A stretch of 64,000 nt of DNA from Bacteroidota bacterium (GTDB lineage Bacteria > Bacteroidota > Ignavibacteria > UBA10030), in contig JBGFRO010000041.1 in the NCBI GenBank assembly GCA_041695085.1, positions 78,245-142,244 of the forward strand, in the 5' to 3' direction. Shown here in pieces: positions 8,417-19,082 of this stretch (position 1 is its first letter; each line of letters starts with the position of its first letter). The position numbers and the translations under genes are program-made. Below the pieces are notes generated by a model, which ran no database searches, had not been told where the DNA came from, and worked only from the letters and a program-made list of their open reading frames with translations.

Positions 8417-9550
8417 TCAACCGACAAAGGCCCGTTGCGCAGCGCTCATCCCAACACCTAATTCGAATGCATAACCGCATTCCTTCAGGGTCATCTCCAA
8501 GGCCGAGAGCATCGAAACCATGTCCAGTTCGTCATAATAACCGAGATGGGAAATACGGAAGATTTTGCCTGTGTAGCCGTCCTGTCCGCCTGCGATGGTA
8601 ATGCCGTACTTCCCTTTGAGGATCTTGTTGAATTGCTTCCATTCCACACCTTCCGGTACCCAAACAGGCGTAACGGCGTAGGAGGGGGAGTCTGAAAAAA
8701 GCCGCAATCCAAGCGCTTTGATCCCCTCACGCAAAGAGGTGGCTAACCGTTCGTGTCGCCTCCAGATGTTCTCGATTCCCTCCACCCGAATCATCTGCAA
8801 AGCGGTGTCGACACCGATGATGAGCGAGATGGCGGGTGTCCACGGCGTGTCGTTTTTCTCGTATGACTTAAGGGCCCTGCGGAGATCGAAATAAAATTTG
8901 GGAAGCCTCGACGTCTGCATCGCCCGGATCGCCCGTTCGCTCACAGCCACAAAGGCCAGGCCGGGAGGAATCATCAGTCCTTTTTGCGAGCCGGTGACGC
9001 ACGCATCGATCCCCCACTCATCAAACCGGAACTCGTGTGCTCCGATTGCCGTGATGCCATCAACGCACACCAATGCGTTCGAGTTTTCACGGATACGCTT
9101 TGCTAATGACTTCACATCTGTCGCCGTGCCGGTCGATGTTTCGCTGTGGACGAGATAGACGGCTTTCGCCTCCGGGTGCTCTCGGAGAGCAGAAAGAATC
9201 TGTTCGGCGGTTGGAGCTTTACCCCATTCTGTTTTGATTTCGACTACATTCAAACCAAACGCGCGCGGCATGTTCACCCATCGCTCACCGAACTTTCCGC
9301 CGTTGACGGAGATAACGGTGTCCCCCGGCGAGAAGAGATTGACGAACGTCGCTTCGACGCCCCCGGTGCCGGAGCTTGCCAGTGTGAGTACCGGTTGTGT
9401 GGTCTGGAAAAGGTATCGAAGGTTTTCGTTCACGCGGGTGAAGAGTTCCGTAAATTCGGGATGGCGATGATGGATGATGGGTTCCGCCATCTTGAGCATG
9501 ATCGATTCGGGCACAGGTGTAGGCCCGGGGGTAAACAAGCGCTTTTTCAA
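8417..9550 (-). CDS. Class V PLP-dependent aminotransferase (alanine-glyoxylate/serine-pyruvate family, probably acting on phosphoserine)
   Basis: LFTPGPT, HSETSTG, VDGIT, GSQKGLMIPPGL (PLP lysine), FRISHLG. TTG start after AAAGGA. Upstream of serA. Confidence 0.9.
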   Translation of the reverse strand: MKKRLFTPGPTPVPESIMLKMAEPIIHHRHPEFTELFTRVNENLRYLFQTTQPVLTLASSGTGGVEATFVNLFSPGDTVISVNGGKFGERWVNMPRAFGLNVVEIKTEWGKAPTAEQILSALREHPEAKAVYLVHSETSTGTATDVKSLAKRIRENSNALVCVDGITAIGAHEFRFDEWGIDACVTGSQKGLMIPPGLAFVAVSERAIRAMQTSRLPKFYFDLRRALKSYEKNDTPWTPAISLIIGVDTALQMIRVEGIENIWRRHERLATSLREGIKALGLRLFSDSPSYAVTPVWVPEGVEWKQFNKILKGKYGITIAGGQDGYTGKIFRISHLGYYDELDMVSMLSALEMTLKECGYAFELGVGMSAAQRAFVG

Positions 9551-9747
9551 TTGAGGTCCTTTGTTGTCGATGAGATGGGTGCATTGTTTCGGTAAGAAAA
9601 TAACACAACGATGAGGGAGATGCAAGAAACGCTGCCGCAGAGAACAGACTGCTGACGGGTTCAATTTCCGCGCGTCGATTCGTGGTAACAGGGGTCCTCG
9701 TCCACGTCTCGAGCGTGGATGAAACAGATTCCGATTATTACTAAAGA

Positions 9748-9775
9748 CAAAACCCCGAACGTGTTCGGGGTTTTG
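9748..9775 (-). terminator. Intrinsic terminator at the end of the ribosomal/engB transcript
   Basis: Perfect palindrome CAAAACCCCGAAC-GT-GTTCGGGGTTTTG, 25 bp after the engB stop. Confidence 0.75.
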
Positions 9776-9799
9776 ATACGCTGGAGCTCTTTCACTTGC

Positions 9800-10429
9800 T
9801 CAGACAGCTTCTTTTTTCTGTCTCGGCTTCTCCTCGAGATGCTGCTCGATGAGTTTCAGAAGTTCCGCTTTACCATCTCCCGACACGACGGAAAAGGGGA
9901 CGATGCCGCGGCAACATCCTTCGGTCAGTTGCGTTTGGAAGCGGACTTTATACGCATCGACTTGCTTCTTCAGCTTACTGACGGGGAGTTTATCCGACTT
10001 TGTCAGGACGAGGAGGTACGGAACTTCGTAGTAATCGAGCCAGTCCATCATCATCAGATCGAGCGGGGTGGGTTCCTGACGGGAGTCGATCAACTGCATG
10101 GCGAGGGCGATCGGGCCGCCACGCTTGAGAAAATCTTCGATCAACCGTTTCCATCCTGCACGCATCTGCTCCGGCACTTTGGCGTAGCCGTAGCCGGGCA
10201 GGTCGACAAAGTAAAAGGCGTTGTTGATGATGTAGTAGTTGATCTCACGCGTCTTTCCCGGCGTCGAACTCGAACGTGCAAGGTTCTTCCTGTTGCATAT
10301 CTTATTCAGCAGCGACGACTTTCCGACATTCGAGCGGCCGATGAAGAGAATCTCTTTTAACTCGTTCTTCGGCAGTTGCCGGAGGTCGGACACACCTTGC
10401 AGAAATTCAGCAGAAGTGATCTTCAGCAT
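9800..10429 (-). CDS. engB: Ribosome biogenesis GTPase YihA/YsxC
   Basis: GRSNVGKSSL, PGKTREIN, DLPGYGYA, TKSDKL. Confidence 0.96.
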   Translation of the reverse strand: MLKITSAEFLQGVSDLRQLPKNELKEILFIGRSNVGKSSLLNKICNRKNLARSSSTPGKTREINYYIINNAFYFVDLPGYGYAKVPEQMRAGWKRLIEDFLKRGGPIALAMQLIDSRQEPTPLDLMMMDWLDYYEVPYLLVLTKSDKLPVSKLKKQVDAYKVRFQTQLTEGCCRGIVPFSVVSGDGKAELLKLIEQHLEEKPRQKKEAV

Positions 10430-10500
10430 AACGTGTACCTCTCTCCCTTAGTGAATCGGATGCCTCAGGGGACGTTCCCACTGAGGAACAATGTCGAGCG

Positions 10501-11097
10501 TCAGGCGCTCTCCTTGTTGGATTCTGACTCCTTCTTCTCTTCCCCGGACTTGGCAACACTGTGTGTTGAGGATGAATCGGCTTCGGCTTTGGGCGGGGCC
10601 GATTCACTCGCGCCGGTCGTTGCTGTCTCGCTTTTTTGTTTCTTCTCCGTCTTCTTCCGGGTCGTTGTTGCTTTCGATTTTGCTTTTGTTGCGCTTTTCT
10701 CTTGGCCTGTGTTGAAGTCAACCAGTTCAAGAATCGCCACCTCCGCCCCATCGCCATGCCGTTGGCCCAACTTCACCACGCGGGTATATCCACCTGGACG
10801 GGAGTTTACTTTCGGAGCGATATCGTTGAAGAGTGTCGAGACGGCCGAGCGATCACGCAAGAACGCAAAAACTTGACGTCGGGCGTGCACATCCTTCGGC
10901 TTGCCGTCGGCTTCTTTGAGCACCGCGCGTTTGGCGCGTGTGATAAGCTTCTCCACCACTGTACGCGCTTCCTTCGCCTTCGCAGTCGTGGTCCGGATGC
11001 GTTTATGCTGAATGAGCGACACGCTCAACGCGGAAAGGGTCGCCTTCCGATGGCTCCGTGTCCTCCCTAATTTCCTCCCAGATTTTAGATGTCGCAT
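10501..11097 (-). CDS. rplQ: 50S ribosomal protein L17 with low-complexity C-terminal tail
   Basis: MRHLKSGRKLGRTRSHRKA...RPGGYTRVVK...GDGAEVAILELV. Confidence 0.97.
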   Translation of the reverse strand: MRHLKSGRKLGRTRSHRKATLSALSVSLIQHKRIRTTTAKAKEARTVVEKLITRAKRAVLKEADGKPKDVHARRQVFAFLRDRSAVSTLFNDIAPKVNSRPGGYTRVVKLGQRHGDGAEVAILELVDFNTGQEKSATKAKSKATTTRKKTEKKQKSETATTGASESAPPKAEADSSSTHSVAKSGEEKKESESNKESA

Positions 11098-11140
11098 ACG
11101 TTGGTTCCTTGTTCAAGTATCCTTCCCTGAGCCGGGGACA

Positions 11141-12136
11141 TCATCGTGAGTCGTTGCCGTCCTTCAGATATTTGTCAACGTCCATCCCGAACGTCAACCC
11201 ATGTTGCTCCACGATTTCGGCAAGTTCTGCAAGTGATTTTCGTCCGAAGTTGCGGAACTTGAGCAACTCTGCTTCATCACGACGCACGAGGTCGGCCAGC
11301 GTCTTGATGTTGGCCGAGCGGAGACAGTTGTGCGAACGCACCGACAGTTCAAGTTCGTCGACCGACATCTTGAGCACTTTGCGAACGCGCTGGAATTCGA
11401 CATCCTGTTCCGTTTCGACCTTTTCCGCCTCCGGCTCCATATCGAAGTTGATGAAGAGTTGGATATGATCGCGGAGAATCTTTCCCGCATGCGTCAACGC
11501 ATCTTCCGGCGTAATGGAACCGTCTGTTTCGATCTCAAGGATCAGCTTTTCAAAGTCTGTCTGACCGCCGACGCGCGTCGGCTCGACGAAGTACCGAACA
11601 TTCCGGATTGGCGTAAAGATTGAGTCGATGGCAATCATCCCGAGCGGTTGATCGGCCGTCTTGTTTTCTTCGGCGGGGAGATATCCCTTGCCGCGGCCCA
11701 GTCGCAACTCCAGCTCAAAGTTCGCTTCTTTATTGAGCGTGGCAAGATGCAGGTCGGGATTCAAAATCTCGATTTCCGCTGAGGCCTTTTGGATGTCTGC
11801 AGCCTTAAACACGCCCGGTCCCTTCAACGGAACGACAATTTTCGTCAGCTTCTTGTTGATTGGTTTGATGCGCACTTGCTTCAGGTTCAGGATCAGCTCG
11901 GCGACATCCTCCACCACGCCTTTGATGGTGGAGAATTCATGCTGAATCCCCTCCACACGGATGGCGGTGATCGCCGTGCCCGGAAGCGACGACAAGAGCA
12001 CCCGGCGAAACGAATTGCCGATGGTCACGCCAAATCCCTTTTCCAAAGGCTGCACAGTGAAGCGTCCGAACGTCGCAGTGTAGCTGCTGTCGTCCAGCTC
12101 GATCTTTTCCGGCATTTGAACTAACGCGTTGCTCAT
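11141..12136 (-). CDS. rpoA: RNA polymerase alpha subunit
   Basis: PLEKGFGVTIGNSFRRVLLSS, HEFSTIKGVVEDV, LELSVRSHNCL, NFGRKSL. Confidence 0.99.
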   Translation of the reverse strand: MSNALVQMPEKIELDDSSYTATFGRFTVQPLEKGFGVTIGNSFRRVLLSSLPGTAITAIRVEGIQHEFSTIKGVVEDVAELILNLKQVRIKPINKKLTKIVVPLKGPGVFKAADIQKASAEIEILNPDLHLATLNKEANFELELRLGRGKGYLPAEENKTADQPLGMIAIDSIFTPIRNVRYFVEPTRVGGQTDFEKLILEIETDGSITPEDALTHAGKILRDHIQLFINFDMEPEAEKVETEQDVEFQRVRKVLKMSVDELELSVRSHNCLRSANIKTLADLVRRDEAELLKFRNFGRKSLAELAEIVEQHGLTFGMDVDKYLKDGNDSR

Positions 12137-12225
12137 ACGTACTCTTTCCCCCTACCCACCGTAGGGCGATTGGTAACACGAAGTCGGTACATCGACTTCA
12201 AGGTGAATAAAAGAAATAGAAGGTC

Positions 12226-12855
12226 TTACTTCGAGTACAACTCGACGATGAGTTGTTCATTGGCATTGAGCGGAACATCCGCCCGCTCTGGTATCTGCAG
12301 GAACGTTCCCGTGAGCGTTGCCTTATCGAGACTTAACCACGGCAACATGGCGGTATCCTTCACCCGTTTCATCGCCGAGTGAATGAGAGCCAGCTTTTTG
12401 CTCTTCTCCCGCACCTGAACGACGTCGCCCGGATTAAGAAGATAGGACGGGATGTCCACAATCTGGTTGTTCACCAGGAAATGACGATGCAGGATCAGCT
12501 GCCTCGCCGCTTTGCGCGAAGGCGCAAGTCCCATCCGATAGACAACGTTATCCAACCGACGCTCGAGGATCTTCACCAACGTCTCGCCCGTGCGGCCAGT
12601 CTGTTTGAGTGCGCGCTCGAAGTAGTTCCGGAATTGACGCTCCAGCAATCCGTATGAGCGCTTGATCTTTTGCTTTTCTCGCAACTGCACGCCATATTCG
12701 GAAATCTTCTGCCGACGACTCTGTCCATGCTGTCCCGGCGGATAGCTGCGTTTTTCGATGGGACATTTTTCCGTATAGCACTTCGTGCCCTTCAAAAACA
12801 ACTTCTGACGTTCTCGACGGCACAGCTTGCAACTGGCATCTATGTACCTTGCCAT
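12226..12855 (-). CDS. rpsD: 30S ribosomal protein S4 (zinc-motif form)
   Basis: CKLCRRE...KC...KC, PPGQHG, LERRLDNVVYR, LIVELYSK. Confidence 0.98.
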   Translation of the reverse strand: MARYIDASCKLCRRERQKLFLKGTKCYTEKCPIEKRSYPPGQHGQSRRQKISEYGVQLREKQKIKRSYGLLERQFRNYFERALKQTGRTGETLVKILERRLDNVVYRMGLAPSRKAARQLILHRHFLVNNQIVDIPSYLLNPGDVVQVREKSKKLALIHSAMKRVKDTAMLPWLSLDKATLTGTFLQIPERADVPLNANEQLIVELYSK

Positions 12856-12924
12856 ATCTCTCCTGATGAATTGAGCATATTCAACCGGGCGGGACTCTTC
12901 GCTACTCCGCCGGTCGAGATTCGA

Positions 12925-13323
12925 TTACACTCGTCGCCGTTTCGGCGGGCGGCACCCATTATGGGGAATGGGAGTGATGTCGCGGATCATCGTAATCTCC
13001 AAACCGGCAGATTGCAACGATCGCACCGCCGCTTCGCGTCCGGCCCCCGGACCTTTGATGAAAACTTCCACACGTCGCAAACCGAGGTCATAGGCCTCTT
13101 TCGCAGCCGCTTCGGCAGAGACCTGAGCCGCAAACGGCGTATTCTTCCGCGACCCTTTGAAGCCGTTGCGGCCTGCCGACGACCACGCAATGACGTTGCC
13201 GTACGGATCGGTCAGCGTCACCAGTACATTATTGAACGTTGCTTTGATGTACGCTTTCCCGTTGGTATCGACGTGGACCTTCTTTTTCTTCTTCGTTACC
13301 GGGGCTGCTTGTTGTTTTGCCAA
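12925..13323 (-). CDS. rpsK: 30S ribosomal protein S11
   Basis: [38 protein letters not shown]; TTG start. Confidence 0.98.
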   Translation of the reverse strand: MAKQQAAPVTKKKKKVHVDTNGKAYIKATFNNVLVTLTDPYGNVIAWSSAGRNGFKGSRKNTPFAAQVSAEAAAKEAYDLGLRRVEVFIKGPGAGREAAVRSLQSAGLEITMIRDITPIPHNGCRPPKRRRV

Positions 13324-13383
13324 GACTCAATCTCCTTTTGAACGTTCGCTTCAAACCCGGGCCAGTGGAGCTCGGGCTCTTCC

Positions 13384-13767
13384 TTACTTCTTCTCAGCTG
13401 CCTTCTTCTTTCCGGCTACCGTCTTTCTCTTTCCTTTGCGCGTGCGTGCATTGGTTCGTGTGCGTTGACCGCGGACGGGGAGTCCCTTGCGGTGCCGCAA
13501 TCCGCGATAGCTGCCAATATCCATCAAGCGTTTGATATTCATTTGCACTTCGCTGCGGAGCGCACCTTCCACTTTGTAGTCCGATTGGATGACGGACCGA
13601 ATGGCTGCCACCTCTTCGTCGTTCAGCTGCGCAACGCGTTTGTGGAGATCCACCTTCGCCTTGGCGAGGATCTCCCTCGAGGTCGATCGGCCAATTCCGT
13701 AGATGTAGGTCAGTCCAATCTCGACCGGCTTATTTTTGGGTAAATCAACTCCAGCTATACGAGCCAC
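13384..13767 (-). CDS. rpsM: 30S ribosomal protein S13
   Basis: [35 protein letters not shown]; GTG start. Confidence 0.98.
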   Translation of the reverse strand: MARIAGVDLPKNKPVEIGLTYIYGIGRSTSREILAKAKVDLHKRVAQLNDEEVAAIRSVIQSDYKVEGALRSEVQMNIKRLMDIGSYRGLRHRKGLPVRGQRTRTNARTRKGKRKTVAGKKKAAEKK

Positions 13768-13778
13768 GCGTGATCCTT

Positions 13779-13876
13779 TCAATGAAAAATGAAAAATTCA
13801 AAACGAAAAAAGAAAATCGGAGTTTCGCCTTTCTCAATTCTTAATTTTTAATTTTTCATTTTGAATTTTCAATTGA
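13779..13876. repeat. Inverted pair of 7-mer tandem arrays between rpmJ and rpsM
   Basis: TCAATGAAAAATGAAAAATTCAAAACGAAAAA ... TTTTTAATTTTTCATTTTGAATTTTCAATTGA. Confidence 0.7.
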
Positions 13877-13878
13877 CC

Positions 13879-13992
13879 CTACCCTTGACGCTGCTTGTGT
13901 TTCGGGTTTTTGCAGATCACCTGCACAACGCCTTTGCGACGGATGATCTTGCAGTTATCACAAATTTTCTTGACGGATGATCGAACTTTCAT
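13879..13992 (-). CDS. rpmJ: 50S ribosomal protein L36
   Basis: Manual translation [37 protein letters not shown] (37 aa, below the ORF-track cutoff). Confidence 0.98.
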   Translation of the reverse strand: MKVRSSVKKICDNCKIIRRKGVVQVICKNPKHKQRQG

Positions 13993-14032
13993 TGTGCTTC
14001 CTCCAGCCGGTCGGATGCTCCGGCCTTCCGTG

Positions 14033-14251
14033 TCATTTGTATCGATACGTAATGCGACCCTTGCTGAGGTCGTATGGCGACATTTCCACTGTCACACGGT
14101 CACCCACCAGAATTTTGATGAAGTGCATCCGCATCTTACCCGAAATGTGCGCAAGGATCTCGACCCCATTGTCCAACTTCACACGAAACGTCGCGTTGGG
14201 CAGCGTTTCCGTGATGACGCCGTCTACTTTGATCGGACCTTGCTTTGCCAT
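14033..14251 (-). CDS. infA: Translation initiation factor IF-1
   Basis: [37 protein letters not shown]. Confidence 0.99.
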   Translation of the reverse strand: MAKQGPIKVDGVITETLPNATFRVKLDNGVEILAHISGKMRMHFIKILVGDRVTVEMSPYDLSKGRITYRYK

Positions 14252-14254
14252 TGT

Positions 14255-15013
14255 TTACTGCGTCAGAATCTCCGCTTTGCCGTTGAGGATCGCGATGGTG
14301 TGTTCATAGTGTGCAGACACAGACCCATCCAGCGTCCGCACCGTCCAGCCATCAGCATCAATTCGCACTTCCCATCCCCCCGCATTGACCATCGGTTCGA
14401 TGGCCAATGTCATTCCCTCCTTCAACTTCATGCCGGTGCCCGGCTTTCCGAAGTTCGGAACAGCCGGCTCTTCATGAAGTGCAGCTCCTACTCCGTGCCC
14501 GACGAGGTCCCGCACTACCGAGAAGCCGTGTTCCTCAACGTGTCGCTGAATAGCCGCCGATATATCGTGCACTCTGTTCCCGACTTTTGCCTGTGCAATC
14601 CCCGCATAGAGCGCCTCTTCGGTGGCTTCCATCAAACGTTGCAGCTCCTCAGAAATCTCCCCGATGGCGAACGAGTGAGCACCATCGCCATACCACCCGT
14701 CCTTCTTCACGCCCACATCGATCGAGAGGAGATCGCCATCGCGGAGAATCCGCTTGCTCGGTATGCCGTGCACGACCTCGTCATTGACTGAGGTGCACAG
14801 CGTCCCCGGAAAGGGATTCGACTTGGAGTGACGATATCCTTTGAACGCCGGCACACCTCCCATCGACCGGATATAATCTTCCGCCAAGCGATCCAACTGC
14901 AACGTCGTCACGCCCGGCTTAGCGTGGGCTCCAATCAACTTCAGGACATCGGCGACGATCTTCGAACTTTCCCGGATCAGTTCAATCTCTCGTTTCGTCT
15001 TCAAGCGCACCAT
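14255..15013 (-). CDS. map: Methionine aminopeptidase type I
   Basis: SVNDEVVHGIP, GHGVG..LHEEP, AIEPMVN, SAHYEHT. Confidence 0.98.
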   Translation of the reverse strand: MVRLKTKREIELIRESSKIVADVLKLIGAHAKPGVTTLQLDRLAEDYIRSMGGVPAFKGYRHSKSNPFPGTLCTSVNDEVVHGIPSKRILRDGDLLSIDVGVKKDGWYGDGAHSFAIGEISEELQRLMEATEEALYAGIAQAKVGNRVHDISAAIQRHVEEHGFSVVRDLVGHGVGAALHEEPAVPNFGKPGTGMKLKEGMTLAIEPMVNAGGWEVRIDADGWTVRTLDGSVSAHYEHTIAILNGKAEILTQ

Positions 15014-15025
15014 TGAAGTGAGAGA

Positions 15026-16363
15026 TTAACCTCTCCGACCTTTCAGCTTCCCGCTCTTCATAAAGCCATCATAGTGCCGCATCAGAAGATGCGATTCAAT
15101 CTGCTGCAGCGTGTCAAGCGCCACACCGACGACGATAAGCAGGCTCGTTCCTCCGAAGAACGATGCAAAGGAAGGGGCAACCCCCATCTTGATCATGACC
15201 GTCGGGAGAATCGCGATGATGGCGAGGAAGATCGATCCCGGCAGTGTAATCTTCGTCAAAATGTTATCGACGTACTCCGCCGTGTGGGCGCCGGGTCGAA
15301 TGCCCGGGATGAAGCCGCCTTGCTTCTTCATATTGTCCGCCACATCCTTCGGGTTGAAGGCGATCGCAGTGTAGAAGTACGTGAAGAAGACGATCATCAG
15401 GCCGTACACGATCGAGTACGTCCAGCTATCGTAACTAAACCAATCGGACGAGAGAGTTTGAACGAACTCGTCTTCTGGAAAAAAGGAAAAGATGATCTGC
15501 GGCACAAACATGATCGCTTGCGCGAAGATAATAGGCATCACCCCTGCTGTATTGACGCGAAGCGGGATGTATTGCGTTACCCCACCGTAGACTTTTCGGC
15601 CAATCACGCGTTTCGCATACTGAACGGGAATGCGGCGAGTCCCTTGTGTTACTAAGACCACACCTGCGACGATGAAGCCCATCAGCACCAAAATGACGAG
15701 CTCGATGATGATGTTCCTCCCGGCCAGCACCAGCTGGTATTCATCCAGAACTGCCGCTGGGAACGCCGCGACGATACCAATGAAGATAATGAGTGAAATA
15801 CCGTTGCCGATGCCGCGCTCGGTGATCTGCTCCCCCAACCACATCATGAAGACCGTGCCGGCGGTCAGGATGATAATCGTACTGATCGCAAATCCGAGGC
15901 CTTGAACCGCCTCAGGCACGATCGGTCCGGCTTGGGTCGTTGTGCTCTGGAGCTTCACCACCACACCGCTTGCTTGCAGCATCGAAATCAGCACGGTGCC
16001 GTAGCGCGTGTACTGGGTGATCTTCTTCCGTCCGTCTTCTCCTTCTTTCTGGAGTTTCTGGAAGTACGGCACCACTGCTCCCAACAGTTGAATTACGATC
16101 GAGGCGCTGATGTACGGCATGATGCCCAGCGCAAAGATCGCCGCGTTGCTGAACGCCCCACCGACAAACAAATCGTACAATCCGAAGAGCGTGCCTTCCG
16201 ACGAACGACGAATTGTGTCCGCCAGCAGACTGGCATCGACTCCGGGAAGCGTTATATGAGAACCGATACGAACAACGATGAGGAGGGCTGCCGTGAAGAG
16301 CAACCGATCCCGTAGTTCCTGAATCTTAAAGATGTTGGTAAAGGTTTCTGAGAGTTTGCTCAT
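15026..16363 (-). CDS. secY: Preprotein translocase subunit SecY
   Basis: ALGIMPYISASI, GIGNGISLIIF, IPGIRPG, FGGTSLLIVVGV. Confidence 0.99.
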   Translation of the reverse strand: MSKLSETFTNIFKIQELRDRLLFTAALLIVVRIGSHITLPGVDASLLADTIRRSSEGTLFGLYDLFVGGAFSNAAIFALGIMPYISASIVIQLLGAVVPYFQKLQKEGEDGRKKITQYTRYGTVLISMLQASGVVVKLQSTTTQAGPIVPEAVQGLGFAISTIIILTAGTVFMMWLGEQITERGIGNGISLIIFIGIVAAFPAAVLDEYQLVLAGRNIIIELVILVLMGFIVAGVVLVTQGTRRIPVQYAKRVIGRKVYGGVTQYIPLRVNTAGVMPIIFAQAIMFVPQIIFSFFPEDEFVQTLSSDWFSYDSWTYSIVYGLMIVFFTYFYTAIAFNPKDVADNMKKQGGFIPGIRPGAHTAEYVDNILTKITLPGSIFLAIIAILPTVMIKMGVAPSFASFFGGTSLLIVVGVALDTLQQIESHLLMRHYDGFMKSGKLKGRRG

Positions 16364-16845
16364 TCCTTCGTGTGCTCTTTCACAAGGACGGTTGCCTTTC
16401 CGCCTGCAGCCTCAATCTTCGCAACGGCAGATTTGCTGAATGCGTGCGCCGTTATTTCCAGTTTCGTCTTGAGCTCACCGTTGCCTAGTATTTTCACCGG
16501 TTCGTTTTTCTTGGAAATGACGCCAGCGTCGTACATCGCTTGAGGCGTAATAGTGCTTCCGCTCAACTTTTTTGCTGCGACCGCAGTCTCAAGCCTCTCA
16601 ACGTTCACGGCCTGGTATTCGACCCGATTGCGCGGCTTGAATCCGAACTTGGGAATGCGGCGCGTCAGCGGCATTTGACCCCCTTCAAACCACAACTTGA
16701 ACTTGTGGCCCGACCGAGCCTTCGCACCTTTATGCCCCTTCGTGGCCGTTCCACCATGACCGGAGCCCTGTCCACGCCCAATGCGCTTTACTTTCTTGCG
16801 TGAACCCTTCGCTGGAGTGAGATGACTGAGAATATCTTTTGCCAT
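16360..16845 (-). CDS. rplO: 50S ribosomal protein L15
   Basis: GRGQGSGHG, FEGGQMPL.RRIPKFGF, VKILGNG. Confidence 0.98.
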   Translation of the reverse strand: MAKDILSHLTPAKGSRKKVKRIGRGQGSGHGGTATKGHKGAKARSGHKFKLWFEGGQMPLTRRIPKFGFKPRNRVEYQAVNVERLETAVAAKKLSGSTITPQAMYDAGVISKKNEPVKILGNGELKTKLEITAHAFSKSAVAKIEAAGGKATVLVKEHTKE

Positions 16846-16907
16846 TTCTTAATCCTTCTTCCGTGCGATAACCAGACGATCTCCGCCGGTACGCTCAGAG
16901 ACCAATC

Positions 16908-17099
16908 TTACTGCACTTCCTCGACCCGAACCAGATGACGGACGACACGAATCATTCCGCGTATCTGTGGCGTGTCGTTCTTGATCACAAAATAGTTCGG
17001 TCGCCCGAGTCCGAGCGCCTTCATCGTCCGCTTGTGATTCTCGAGTTCGTCGATGATGCTCCGAGTCTGGATAATTTTGATTTTCTTCGTTTCCGGCAT
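16908..17099 (-). CDS. rpmD: 50S ribosomal protein L30
   Basis: KIKIIQTRS...TMKALGL...DTPQIRGMI..VRHLV; operon position. Confidence 0.95.
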   Translation of the reverse strand: MPETKKIKIIQTRSIIDELENHKRTMKALGLGRPNYFVIKNDTPQIRGMIRVVRHLVRVEEVQ

Positions 17100-17140
17100 G
17101 CTCACACCCGTCGTACGTACACGTTCTGAAGTCCGATAAC

Positions 17141-17647
17141 TTAATTCTGATGGAATAATTCCTGCAATGTTATTCCCCGCCGTTCAGCCACGCTTCGCGC
17201 ATCCGAGAGACTCAAGAGCGCCTTCATCGTTGCTTTGACAACGTTGTGGGGATTCGAAGAACCCATTTGTTTCGTTAGGACATCCTTCACGCCCGCGGAC
17301 TCCAGCACAGCTCGCACACCACCCCCCGCAATTAATCCCGTTCCGGGAGAGGCAGGCTTCAGCAGGACTTTCCCGGCTCCGAACTTACCGATCACCTCGT
17401 GTGCGATCGTTCCCTTCACGATGGGAACCTTGACGACGTTCTTTTTCGCATCGTCGACCCCTTTGGAGATCGCATCCGCCACCTCGTTCGCTTTGCCGAG
17501 ACCGATCCCCACATGGCCGTTGCCGTCGCCTACGACGACAATAGCGTTGAAGCTAAACCGGCGTCCCCCCTTCACGACTTTCGCGACGCGGTTGATGTGG
17601 ACCAATCGTTCCTTGAGTTCGATTTCGCCTGCTTTAATCTTAGACAT
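17141..17647 (-). CDS. rpsE: 30S ribosomal protein S5
   Basis: [28 protein letters not shown]. Confidence 0.99.
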   Translation of the reverse strand: MSKIKAGEIELKERLVHINRVAKVVKGGRRFSFNAIVVVGDGNGHVGIGLGKANEVADAISKGVDDAKKNVVKVPIVKGTIAHEVIGKFGAGKVLLKPASPGTGLIAGGGVRAVLESAGVKDVLTKQMGSSNPHNVVKATMKALLSLSDARSVAERRGITLQELFHQN

Positions 17648-17673
17648 GAAAGAAATTTACCTCAGTTGAGTCG

Positions 17674-18042
17674 TTAGAATTTGAGTCCGCCTTCACGCGC
17701 ACCATCGGCAAGGGCTTTGACGCGACCGTGATACAGGTAGCCGTTGCGATCGTACACCACCGTCTGGATGTTCTTGTCGAGAGCCTTTTTCGCTGTGAAG
17801 AGGCCGACCATTTTGGCCACATCCTTCGGATTTTTGACCTTCTGCAATTCCTCTTTCAAATCCTTCGAAAGCGTGGAGGCGGATACCAGCGTCCTTCCCG
17901 ACGTGTCGTCGATGATTTGTGCGTAGATGTGCCGACCGCTTCGATAGATCGTGAGGCGCGGGCGTTCCCGCGTGCCGGAGATCTTCTTCCGGATGCTGAT
18001 CTTCTTTCGCAGCCGGCGTTCTCTTCTATTGGATGTGATCAT
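17674..18042 (-). CDS. rplR: 50S ribosomal protein L18
   Basis: [38 protein letters not shown]. Confidence 0.98.
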   Translation of the reverse strand: MITSNRRERRLRKKISIRKKISGTRERPRLTIYRSGRHIYAQIIDDTSGRTLVSASTLSKDLKEELQKVKNPKDVAKMVGLFTAKKALDKNIQTVVYDRNGYLYHGRVKALADGAREGGLKF

Positions 18043-18081
18043 ATGCCATACACCTTCGTGCTAAACACTTATCAGGGTCGA

Positions 18082-18630
18082 TTACTTACCGGCCGTGGCA
18101 GCGGCTTTCCCTGCCTTGCGGCGGATGTATTCACCTTCGTACTTCACACCCTTTCCTTTGTACGGCTCGGGGGGACGGAAGGATCGAATCTTCGCTGCCA
18201 CGAGACCAACGAGCTGCTTGTCGATGCCGCTGACGACGATGTTCGTTTGGGTCGGCGTCTCCAGCGAGATTCCTTCCGGTGCTCCGAAGACGATAGGATG
18301 TGAATAGCCGAGGAGCAACTGGAGTTTCTTCCCTTTCATCTCGGCACGATATCCCACTCCAACGATCTCCAGCTTCTTCTGAAATCCTTTTGTGACGCCG
18401 TCGATCATGTTCTGAATAAGTGCACGCCACAAGCCGTGGAGAGCACGGTGTTCCTTTTCATCGGAGGCACGCTTCACGTGCACTTCCGATGGAGTCGTTT
18501 CGACGCTGACCGCCGGATGGAGCTTCGCGTTTAACTCCCCTTTCGGCCCTCTCACAACGATGTGGCCGTCCTTCTGTGCGATGCTGACGCCTTTTGGAAT
18601 TTGAATTGGCTTACGCCCAATACGTGACAC
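18082..18630 (-). CDS. rplF: 50S ribosomal protein L6
   Basis: SRIGRKPI, GVGYRA, RPPEPYKGKGV; GTG start. Confidence 0.99.
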   Translation of the reverse strand: MSRIGRKPIQIPKGVSIAQKDGHIVVRGPKGELNAKLHPAVSVETTPSEVHVKRASDEKEHRALHGLWRALIQNMIDGVTKGFQKKLEIVGVGYRAEMKGKKLQLLLGYSHPIVFGAPEGISLETPTQTNIVVSGIDKQLVGLVAAKIRSFRPPEPYKGKGVKYEGEYIRRKAGKAAATAGK

Positions 18631-18647
18631 GGTAACCTCTCCTCGAA

Positions 18648-19043
18648 TTACCAGATGTAAGCGAGCACTTCGCCGCCGACATGTTCTTTGCGCGCTTTGT
18701 GATCCGCCATCACCCCTTTTGAAGTCGAGACAATCGCAACGCCCAATCCTCCAAGGACGCGAGGCAATTCCGATACGGGGCGATAGAGGCGGATGCCGGG
18801 TCGGCTCACCCGTCGAAGCCCCGAAATCACAGGACGCCCGTTGTTGTACTTCATCTGAATGCGGAGGACGCCTTGCTTCCCATCTTCAAGAACGGTGTAG
18901 CCCGCGATGAACTTCTCCTCAAGCAGAATCTGCGCAATTGCCTTCTTGAGGTTCGAGGCGGGAACGTCGACTCGTTTGTGTTTCGCTTTCGCTGCGTTCC
19001 GGATTCTCGTGAGGAAATCCGAAACGGGATCGGTCATGGACAT
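18648..19043 (-). CDS. rpsH: 30S ribosomal protein S8
   Basis: [34 protein letters not shown]. Confidence 0.99.
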   Translation of the reverse strand: MSMTDPVSDFLTRIRNAAKAKHKRVDVPASNLKKAIAQILLEEKFIAGYTVLEDGKQGVLRIQMKYNNGRPVISGLRRVSRPGIRLYRPVSELPRVLGGLGVAIVSTSKGVMADHKARKEHVGGEVLAYIW

Positions 19044-19082
19044 TGAATTACTTCTCCTGAATAAAAATCTGAGCGAAGGTCG

